NCBI GenBank assembly: GCA_946965045.2
Contig: OX337228.1
Coordinates: forward strand, 1,116,001-1,180,000
Origin: Epithemia pelagica
Lineage: Eukaryota > Protista > Bacillariophyta
Direction of reading: 5' to 3'
DNA length: 64,000 nt
Positions 56,009 to 64,000 of this stretch are shown piece after piece. Under the pieces are notes generated by a model. That model ran no database searches. It saw nothing but the letters and a program-made list of their open reading frames with translations, and was not told the DNA's origin. How positions within the stretch are numbered: the stretch's first letter is position 1; each line of letters starts with the position of its first letter. The position numbers and the translations under genes are program-made.

Positions 56009-59000
56009 CTATATTTCATCAACGATTCGTGCTTCTTGCCTTGATGGTGAAGATGCCATTGCAGCCTCAACGGCCTCAACCCGAGCATGGGCAAGATCAT
56101 GAGCTTCAGACCTCACGTTTACCGTACCAGCACCATGTGAACGAGAACTTCTCAAAACCTGATGATCTGTATCGTCGACTCGGCGAGATCGTGGAGCAGA
56201 CTTAGGCCTCGATTGATCTCCGTAGCTCGACTGTAGCTTCATCATTTCCTGTACTTTCACAGCTGCATACCGTTCCGCAGCTTTTGAAACGTCTGTAACA
56301 TGGCTACTCCGCGAAGATGTCACACCAGAACCCGTTCCGGATGCCCTTTTTCGCTCCAAGAATGCTTTCCATTTCTCTGTGTGATTGGACGACGACGTGG
56401 AAACAGTCGAGGGTGCATCGCCACTTTTTCCAGTGGCACTGCTCCTCCTTTTTCGTCGTTTGGAAGAGACGGCCGTCTTCATGGCAATCGATTCCAAATA
56501 GGCTGTCTTCGCACCAAAATCGTCCGACACCACACTTCCACTTCGTTTTGGGGAATGACCATCGGCGACGTTTGAGCGGCTATCCATTTCTTCCAGTTCC
56601 AGAGAGTGCGCCCGTCGATCACGACGTTTTGATCCGTGCTCAATGTCTTCTTCCTCCTCCTCTTCTTCTTCTTCGACTATGTTTTCGGGACGACCGCAGA
56701 AGCCGGCAGTAAACTTTGACGCGCCGCCCTGCCTCGAAGGTGCACTTGTCGGGTGATCTCTCAAGAAAGCCAGGTGCGCCGAAGGCAGGTCGCCAAGTCT
56801 AGCTGCTGTTCCCATCACAGGCGCCGCACATTCTGTCAGCCGTTGAAGGAAGGTGCGATCCTCGCACTGGCCGTAACCGTCAGAGCCGAAAATCTCCGAA
56901 GGAACAGAGGGAACATGCCCAAGAACCTCGCTGAGGTTGTCAAGTGAATCGCCTTGAACTGGTTTCTCTGGATCCTCCGATCTTCCAGCTCGCGAGTCTC
57001 TCTCGTACTTATCCCTTCTAATGGGTGACCAATCTTCTTCATCTTTCTCTTGATTCTCGCTGTCCAAACTTAGGTCGTGATGGTTACCATATCTTGTGGG
57101 CCCTTTGGAATATCTGTCTCGCTCATATTTGTCTCGTCTTTGACGGTCGGCGCCCTCTTCCCTGTAGGTCATCGCTCCTGAGCGTGCCAACGCAGCAGCT
57201 GCCACCTTCCGGTGTCGAGGTGATAGAACACGTTTACTCTGGCTTTGAACACCTGACGATACTTCGTCAAAGGAGAAAAGGGAATCATCGTCATCATTGA
57301 TTTTAGATTCCTTGTGATCATTCATACTCGTTCGACTTGACTTTCCCAGTCCGTCGACTAGTTTGGACGAGGAGGATTCCGTTCCAAGTGCTCCTGTTCC
57401 GGGTCTCTTAGGATCAGAATGTAGCACATCCGGAGACGGTTGCTTTTGGATGCTTTGGTGACTTTCGGGTGGCGGTTCCTGGGATGAAGGCGACGTACTC
57501 ATCTGTCGCAACAAGTCGTCAGAAGTTTGTTTCGATTTACCTCGAAGTTCAGAACTCCACTGCGATTTAGAATCTAGGGAAGCCAGCTCACGCAAGTCGT
57601 CCGAAGCCCGCTTGGATTTACTTCGACGTTCAGAACTCCACTGTGATTTAGAATCTTGGGAAGCCAGCTCACGTAAAATTTCAGAGGTCTCTATCACTGC
57701 TTCTTTCATTATTGGCGGCGATGAACTCAATTTTCGAAGCACCTCTTCGGGAGACTTTTGATCAAGCTGCTGTACTTGTTGATCATCATGAGTTTCTTCT
57801 GTTGGAGATCGCCCTTGTTGCCGATACGTCGACCGCGACAATTGTTCTCCAGAAGTTCTAGGGTTATATTGTGATCCAGTTGGCGAAAGCGTCGCTCTTG
57901 GTGCGTTACCCGAATCATCGAGAGCGTCGGTGGGACTTGTCGATTGCCTTCCTCCTCTGACACTAATAGGCGACGTGTCTCGTTTGTTTGCTCTAAGCTT
58001 AGGGACCACTTTGTTGACACGTGACAATGAAGAGGACGATATACCTGAACGAGTTTCCCACATTGTGCTGTTGTCGTTTTCACCAGAAATCAACCATTCA
58101 TCGTGTGCCTCATCCAAGTCGACAGGGCCGGAGAGACGTGAAGAATCAGCCATATCATCCAGACTGGTTGGTTCTCCACGAGAAAAAGCACCGCTTTCAT
58201 CAAGTTCACGAAGAGAGCGATGGGCGAAGCCAACAGGCGATTTAGGTGATTTCTTTGAATGTTTCTCGGGTTCTGGGAAAAGATCCTTGTCTTCTTCTCC
58301 AACTTTTTCGGTGACAACGTCAATGTTGGCTGCTTCTGGGGGGCGATCAACTTCTTCAATAGATGGAAACGAGTTAGACTCACTCATGAGTCTATCATAG
58401 TCAATCTCCTTTTCACTGACATCTCCGCCCGTCTCCTCCACTTCTGTGGAAACTGACGGAGGTAGGGATTCGACATTGGTTGGCTGTTGCTCCGGGGTCT
58501 CGTTTGCGCGTCCGTTGTCTGAAACAGGTTTTCTCAAGACGTCTTCACTGTCTACGAGTCTTCGGGACCCAGGAAGATAAACTGATCCATTGTCGCTTAC
58601 AGCCATCTTCTTGTCGGATACATCTGTCTCTCCTCTGTTCTTCTCATGCATGTGAAGTGAACCTGTGTCACCTATCTGGACGTACGCCTTCAGTGTAGTG
58701 GTTTCCGGTGATGCCCGGCCGCCAATTGTAGACTCACCCTGTGTCTGATCGTCGTTGATGATCTCTGATGCTTCAGGACCATAACTCGTCGCGCGAGGTT
58801 GTTTGTCTGACAGCATATGATTCTGATTATGCGTATGTTCATCGTCTATGCTACTCGATCGTGCTGCAGGAACCTCCGTCGCTATGAAATCAACCGTGTC
58901 TAACTCCGGAGGGTTGTTCCAGCCATTGTCAGGATCCCAGGTTTGCCCTTCTTGGTTCAGTCTTACACTGGCCTCCTTCATCGATTCTACCCACCCACGA

Positions 59001-62000
59001 GAAGTTTTCTCGTTCGCTGTTGGTTTTGAAGACCGAAGTTTTGATCTGATGGCACCGGCCTTGCGAGGTAAGGAGCGTCGAGGAGGTGGGGGAGGTGGTA
59101 CAGACGCGTTCCCAGATATATCTTCTTGGGAAGTAGCACCGAGTTCCATGGTGTGCGGCGATGATCCAACATTCAAGTCCCCAGGAGGACCCTCTACTTG
59201 TTTGAGAGGATCGTCCTTCGGGAGGTTATCCTCAGGATTATGGTACCACCCAGTTTCAGAGTTCCACGAAGGACCTTCTTGTTTAATATTTTCCCACTTT
59301 TGAGGTTTGGTATCGTTTGCGTTGGGTGTTGAGGGTGCAACACTTCGGGTTTGAGCTTGGACTGGAGGAGGCGGAGGTGGTGGTGGAATCGAAGATTGCA
59401 GAGATTGACTGTCTTCTGTAACAACCTTATTGTCGATGTTTGGTGTCGGTGGAGAATGAAGTGGTGGCGGTTGAGGAGGTAGTGACGATGCCATAGATTG
59501 GCTGTCTTCCGATGCAAATGAGTTTTCAAGAACAGGTGGGGAGTGGACTTTGTCAACTGCCGGTCCAGGGAAGTTCGACGATTCATTTCCTATTTTGGAA
59601 GATTGAACACTACCAGGAGATATCACGCTTTTCTCGAGTTCAGATGGATGAGGTCCAGCTGACGGTCGAGGCGGCGATTCGACGCCCCCGAAGTCTGCCA
59701 CATCGTCGACGACTCTGCTGTCGTCATCCATTGGGTTACTCCATCCAGTTTCCGGATTCCAACTTTGGCCACCAGGATGCAAAACAACGCTGGCTGCTTT
59801 CATCGATTCGATCCATCCTCGAGGTCGACTTTCGGTGGGATTGGGTGTCGTAGATCGCGATTTGGTGGGACTTTTAGGTGTCTTACGTCGAGGGCGACTT
59901 CGTCGAATGGGAACAGTTGATGAAGAGATGGCCTCTAGAAGCAGTTCCTCCTCTGAGGGCAAAGGTTTTGTCATCATCGTCTCAGTAATATCGTCTTCTG
60001 GAACGGGTTTGTCAGCTTTCAGTCTGACACGCTCCGATTCGTCTTCTGGAACGGGTTTGTCAGCTTTCAGTCTGACACGCTCCGATTCCTTCGGTAATGC
60101 GAGTGAAGCTTTCAACGACCTAGCAGGGCTTTTATTTGCGGGCGAGCTTGGGGCTGACAATGATTCCTTTGGTTTAGGCGGTGCAAGCTTTTGAGCCAAG
60201 TCCAAATGCATCATTTGGAGTGGCTCGTTTGCTGAAACTCCAGGATCTGACAGAATCGTTTCAGGGCCATCAGAACGATTCTTGTAATCCCGAAACCCTG
60301 AACCTGATGCCCATTCTCTGTTAGCAGAGGCGGCGGCTGCTTGAATCGTATCATGCCATCCGCGTGTCTCCGAGCCCTTCTTCGAGAGGTTCGCTTGTTT
60401 GGTCTTGGCAAGCCGAGATTTAGCGGCACCTGGTCGTCGTGATTTCCTTGGACCTGTTGTATGGGTACTCGCCGCTGCACTCGCAGTTGTGTAGGCAGTC
60501 CGAGCATCATCTCCTGCCACGCTGCTCGTCGTGGCATGAATGACAGAATAAATGTCCGTAGAGCTCAAGTACGTGTCCATATCAACGTCCAGGTTGACTT
60601 GGTCGAAGCTTACAGGTTTTGCCTTTGTTTCATCTTGAGGTTCTTGTTCCTTGGACTCTTTTTCTTCCTCCTTCGGCTTGATAAATGGAATTTCGCCTGG
60701 TTCATGTTCATCTAACTCCGCCAATGCCTCCTGCCCAGAATGCGCTTCTTCCGTTTGTACAGTTGGTCCCCTGCTCTCGTTGTCCCGAGAAAGAACCTCC
60801 TCTTCTCGTTTCGGTGGTGGTGCAGCCGGAAGTGTACTTTGCGAGGAGGAGCTGGAAGAATCGCCCTGGTCTGGTGTTGTCTCTGGTTGTGCACGATCCG
60901 CGTGGTCCTCGGGAACATGTTTCTTGACTTCCCCTTCGTCTTGTTTCTGGGATCTCTTTCGTTCATTTTGGAGAAAGCCTTGTAAATCCAAAATAATCTT
61001 GCGTTTATTCTTTTTGTTGTTCTTGTTTTTCCTCATGGAGCTGTCGTCAAGTGTTGCTTCCGATGGTTCCGGTGATTTACGGCTGAGTCCCAAGATGCGA
61101 AGGGCAGACTCGCGACGACCTCCGCCACGCATGGTGGACACGGTCCGCACAGGTGGGCGTAATCCTCCTTCTTCGCCCATGTCCGGCGTGGCCAGGGATG
61201 AGCCAACCTCGGATGAGGGTGATGGAGCCTTGGCGCGTGACGGAGGTGCACTTCGAGACCGATGCACCTCTGGTTCGTCTTCTGTCAAAGCGGCAAATCC
61301 AACTGGCCGTGCCTCTGGTTCCGTTCCACGAACACTGCTGCCTTTCCTTTCATCACCTCCCGTCGCATGCGTGTACTCCTCGTCCTCCGAATCGCTGTCA
61401 TGGTGTGGATTTCGTTCTTCCCCGTCGTAGTATACAATGCCACTCTTTTCCAGGACAACTTCTGGTGCCTGCAGCATATGATCCTCTTCGATGGAAGGGC
61501 GACGAGCAGGAGAATGTAGGGGTTTCAAAACCAAAAGGCCGCTCCTGGTCTTCTTAGTTCTTGGAGACGACGGTGGTTCCGGATAGTCCCTTCCTTTCCC
61601 CATGGAACTACGAAGAGGCTGAGGGGACGACCTTCCGTCTTCCGATCCATTCGGAGTACGCCTTCGGTTGTCATTGCGTTTCGAGCTTGCGCCCCACGGG
61701 GTGGAGCGAGTCCTACGAAGCGCAAGTTCGTCATCTTCGGCAGTATTGTTGTTAGATGCCATTGAGGAAGAATCAAAGGACCGGCCGAGCCTGGACTTTT
61801 TCTTCCAAAACGCAGTCAAACCACGACGAAGTTTATTGGATGAGACGCTCTGTTTGTCATTGTCCTCTTCGTCACCGGTACCACTCGACGTCGACTCCAG
61901 AGCCGGCGACGCCGTTTCTCCTCTCCAACGTCGACGAGGGGGTTCTGGTTTCTTCTTTCGTTCTGAATCAATCATTTGGAAGGCCTGTGAGGCTGGTACT

Positions 62001-63364
62001 CCTTCATTGATGAGTTTGAGAAACTTTCGTTTCTCATGAGCGGACAAATTGGCATACTGGGCTTGGGCTTCCTCCGGTGTTTGCGATTGAGATTGGTCAT
62101 CGTCTGTGGACAGGGTCCTGCCTCCAGGTTCGCGTTGTTTGGATTGCTCGTAGTCCGCCTTGGCTTTGCGTGCCATCGCCCCCAACAGAGCATTTTTTCT
62201 TCGCATTGCCGCTTGTTCCTTGGCTCTACGTTCGACAGGATCGACAAATTCTACCTCGATCGCGGTCTGCTCATCCATATCTTGCTCTTGAAGATGTCGT
62301 TGCGAGCTTCGACTACCCGACTCCGGTGGATCAGGTCGAGTCCCCGAGGAATCTTCATCATACGGCGGTTGGTCCTCTTCTTGATTTTGTTGTTGCAGTT
62401 GTTGCACAGGCGTGTATATGGGTTTTTGAAATCGGCCTTGCACTTGGGAGGACGGTTGTTGATTGTATCCACATAAATCAGTGAGTGCCGTCAAGGTTTG
62501 TCCGCAAAAACTAGATTCCTCGGGATCGGCCCTTGTTTCATTTTCGTGTTCGTCATCGGGAGCATCCGTTTCATCGTCAGGTCTGGTCGTGCTGTAACGT
62601 CGAACCCCTTGATGAATGGCAATGGTCGCCATGCGCTCATCCCCCGGATGAGTGTCAGTCTCGTCGTCGTTCTCATCTTCGGCGGTTCGTTCCTCGTCGT
62701 CGTCTTCGTCATCTTCATTGGCATCCAATTGTCCCCAAAAGTGTCGACCATGATCGTCTAGTTGCGCTACCATTTGATGGTCCTGCGACAATCGTTTAGC
62801 GGGAGGATCCTCGGCCAACGAACGTTGAGGAGAAGGAGGGGGGAGTGGTTTTCCTTGCCAGGAAGAAGGAGAGGCGGTTGGAGAACGTCCTCGAGAACCA
62901 CTTGCTTTGGAAGGTGACAAGGACGGCAAATCACCATCTTCAAAACTTTCCTCGTCATATTCTTGATATCCTGGTTGTTGTGCTTCGTCCTCTTCTTCTT
63001 CTTCCTCGTCCTCTTCTTCTTCCTCGTCCTCCTCTTCTTGGTCTCGGGAGCTTTCCTCATCTTCATCATTGGAAAGAATAGTGGCATTGGCGTTATTGTT
63101 GTTATTGTGCATTCGATTGGGATTTCCTTGCAGTGATCTTGTAGGGCTCGTTGTTGGAGGAGGCACCATCGACCCACTTCCCACACTATGAGAATCAATC
63201 CGCTGATCCCATGGTTCCTCATCATCGGTTCCCTCTTCTTCTTCTTCTTCCTCCATGACCATGTCGCTCCTACAATTGTCGTACAAGCCCCCTTGTCGTT
63301 GTTGTTGCTCCCTTCGCAGCAAGGAAGACGATTCGTCGTGGTTGTTGTCGTCCACGGCAATCAT
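56009..63364 (-). CDS. Very large, mostly disordered S/E/D/P/R-rich protein (2451 aa) of unknown function
   Basis: 7.3-kb stop-free ATG-initiated frame, low complexity, internal repeats. Confidence 0.88.
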   Translation of the reverse strand: MIAVDDNNHDESSSLLRREQQQRQGGLYDNCRSDMVMEEEEEEEGTDDEEPWDQRIDSHSVGSGSMVPPPTTSPTRSLQGNPNRMHNNNNNANATILSNDEDEESSRDQEEEDEEEEEDEEEEEEDEAQQPGYQEYDEESFEDGDLPSLSPSKASGSRGRSPTASPSSWQGKPLPPPSPQRSLAEDPPAKRLSQDHQMVAQLDDHGRHFWGQLDANEDDEDDDEERTAEDENDDETDTHPGDERMATIAIHQGVRRYSTTRPDDETDAPDDEHENETRADPEESSFCGQTLTALTDLCGYNQQPSSQVQGRFQKPIYTPVQQLQQQNQEEDQPPYDEDSSGTRPDPPESGSRSSQRHLQEQDMDEQTAIEVEFVDPVERRAKEQAAMRRKNALLGAMARKAKADYEQSKQREPGGRTLSTDDDQSQSQTPEEAQAQYANLSAHEKRKFLKLINEGVPASQAFQMIDSERKKKPEPPRRRWRGETASPALESTSSGTGDEEDNDKQSVSSNKLRRGLTAFWKKKSRLGRSFDSSSMASNNNTAEDDELALRRTRSTPWGASSKRNDNRRRTPNGSEDGRSSPQPLRSSMGKGRDYPEPPSSPRTKKTRSGLLVLKPLHSPARRPSIEEDHMLQAPEVVLEKSGIVYYDGEERNPHHDSDSEDEEYTHATGGDERKGSSVRGTEPEARPVGFAALTEDEPEVHRSRSAPPSRAKAPSPSSEVGSSLATPDMGEEGGLRPPVRTVSTMRGGGRRESALRILGLSRKSPEPSEATLDDSSMRKNKNNKKNKRKIILDLQGFLQNERKRSQKQDEGEVKKHVPEDHADRAQPETTPDQGDSSSSSSQSTLPAAPPPKREEEVLSRDNESRGPTVQTEEAHSGQEALAELDEHEPGEIPFIKPKEEEKESKEQEPQDETKAKPVSFDQVNLDVDMDTYLSSTDIYSVIHATTSSVAGDDARTAYTTASAAASTHTTGPRKSRRPGAAKSRLAKTKQANLSKKGSETRGWHDTIQAAAASANREWASGSGFRDYKNRSDGPETILSDPGVSANEPLQMMHLDLAQKLAPPKPKESLSAPSSPANKSPARSLKASLALPKESERVRLKADKPVPEDESERVRLKADKPVPEDDITETMMTKPLPSEEELLLEAISSSTVPIRRSRPRRKTPKSPTKSRSTTPNPTESRPRGWIESMKAASVVLHPGGQSWNPETGWSNPMDDDSRVVDDVADFGGVESPPRPSAGPHPSELEKSVISPGSVQSSKIGNESSNFPGPAVDKVHSPPVLENSFASEDSQSMASSLPPQPPPLHSPPTPNIDNKVVTEDSQSLQSSIPPPPPPPPVQAQTRSVAPSTPNANDTKPQKWENIKQEGPSWNSETGWYHNPEDNLPKDDPLKQVEGPPGDLNVGSSPHTMELGATSQEDISGNASVPPPPPPRRSLPRKAGAIRSKLRSSKPTANEKTSRGWVESMKEASVRLNQEGQTWDPDNGWNNPPELDTVDFIATEVPAARSSSIDDEHTHNQNHMLSDKQPRATSYGPEASEIINDDQTQGESTIGGRASPETTTLKAYVQIGDTGSLHMHEKNRGETDVSDKKMAVSDNGSVYLPGSRRLVDSEDVLRKPVSDNGRANETPEQQPTNVESLPPSVSTEVEETGGDVSEKEIDYDRLMSESNSFPSIEEVDRPPEAANIDVVTEKVGEEDKDLFPEPEKHSKKSPKSPVGFAHRSLRELDESGAFSRGEPTSLDDMADSSRLSGPVDLDEAHDEWLISGENDNSTMWETRSGISSSSLSRVNKVVPKLRANKRDTSPISVRGGRQSTSPTDALDDSGNAPRATLSPTGSQYNPRTSGEQLSRSTYRQQGRSPTEETHDDQQVQQLDQKSPEEVLRKLSSSPPIMKEAVIETSEILRELASQDSKSQWSSERRSKSKRASDDLRELASLDSKSQWSSELRGKSKQTSDDLLRQMSTSPSSQEPPPESHQSIQKQPSPDVLHSDPKRPGTGALGTESSSSKLVDGLGKSSRTSMNDHKESKINDDDDSLFSFDEVSSGVQSQSKRVLSPRHRKVAAAALARSGAMTYREEGADRQRRDKYERDRYSKGPTRYGNHHDLSLDSENQEKDEEDWSPIRRDKYERDSRAGRSEDPEKPVQGDSLDNLSEVLGHVPSVPSEIFGSDGYGQCEDRTFLQRLTECAAPVMGTAARLGDLPSAHLAFLRDHPTSAPSRQGGASKFTAGFCGRPENIVEEEEEEEEEDIEHGSKRRDRRAHSLELEEMDSRSNVADGHSPKRSGSVVSDDFGAKTAYLESIAMKTAVSSKRRKRRSSATGKSGDAPSTVSTSSSNHTEKWKAFLERKRASGTGSGVTSSRSSHVTDVSKAAERYAAVKVQEMMKLQSSYGDQSRPKSAPRSRRVDDTDHQVLRSSRSHGAGTVNVRSEAHDLAHARVEAVEAAMASSPSRQEARIVDEI
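57525..57672 (-). repeat. 81-bp (27-aa) tandem repeat within the large ORF
   Basis: RELAS(Q/L)DSKSQWSSE.R.KSK..SDDL twice, offset by 81 bp. Confidence 0.9.
59991..60086 (-). repeat. Perfect 48-bp (16-aa) tandem duplication within the large ORF
   Basis: ESERVRLKADKPVPED twice (59991-60038 and 60039-60086). Confidence 0.97.
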
Positions 63365-64000
63365 TTGCAGACAAGTAAAGTGTGGAGAAAATGGATTCGG
63401 GCTGTTGTTGTTGTTCTTGATTCGGTGATTGCCGTCGTTCTCTTACGCGGGTCGGTAACTTCGTTCGACTCTCACGGAGCAACGAAATGGTCTAACTGTG
63501 GAATGTTACTGCTGTTGGGTGATTGGCGTTGAAGAATTCGGTGATCCCAAATCTGCCCGAACTCACAACGCATTCAGAAAACTATCTATTGTTGCGGTGG
63601 CGGATTTTGCGTCTCGATGCTCGAACGCTGCAAGAGACACAAACGAGGGTCCCTCTTCACTTTGAAACGAGTTGATTCGTTTTCTCCCTCCCACTGAAAG
63701 AACCACTCTCAATGACGGTTGGGGCAATCGTTGAGTGATCAGTTGGTTGGGTGTCCCCAGTCCCCAGTCCCCACTCCAAGATAGAAAAAGAAGAGCAAGC
63801 AAACAACCCACACACGACAGGACCAAGAAATGCAGCCAAAGAGAAAACGAGTGAGGTGCGTTTTCCAAGATAAAGACCAACTTTCACATAGAGAATAAAG
63901 ACAAAGGCTTAACAAACCAAGGATACATTTCAGTAGAGTATGATGAATGACAAGTCTATTTAAAATTTGACAAGCTCGTCTTGCGCGAGGAAGCACTTCA

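Noticed and set aside
60651-61430. 259-aa antisense ORF within the 2451-aa gene
   Set aside because: Antisense shadow of low-complexity coding sequence.

Overview
Eukaryotic nuclear DNA, most likely from a diatom (CoDi-type Copia elements, Ambal-like LINE, bipartite plastid-targeting peptide, short GT-AG introns, PT-repeat protein). The first ~44 kb is a transposon nest: the 3' part of an intact Copia (1-~4219), a mosaic of degraded gene fragments including RME-8/DNAJC13, a PT-repeat gene, an intron-bearing endonuclease VII gene beside a (TTAGG)n array, tRNA-Arg(TCG), RPL27, a PAS-LRR-receiver gene, a young non-autonomous LTR element with non-canonical TC...GA ends (17642-21870), a complete hAT transposon (22334-29148), and a LINE split by a second Copia (34114-42497). 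The last ~20 kb holds ordinary host genes (coiled-coil, GT47-like, LRR, BTB, PPR-SMR, and a 2451-aa disordered protein). The strongest lead is the hAT element, which carries a convergent HhH-GPD (endonuclease III-like) DNA glycosylase gene inside its TIRs. The second lead is the pair of related LTR elements that share a primer-binding site resembling the anticodon arm of tRNA-Asn (half-tRNA priming). All homology calls are by motif recognition only; no searches were run.
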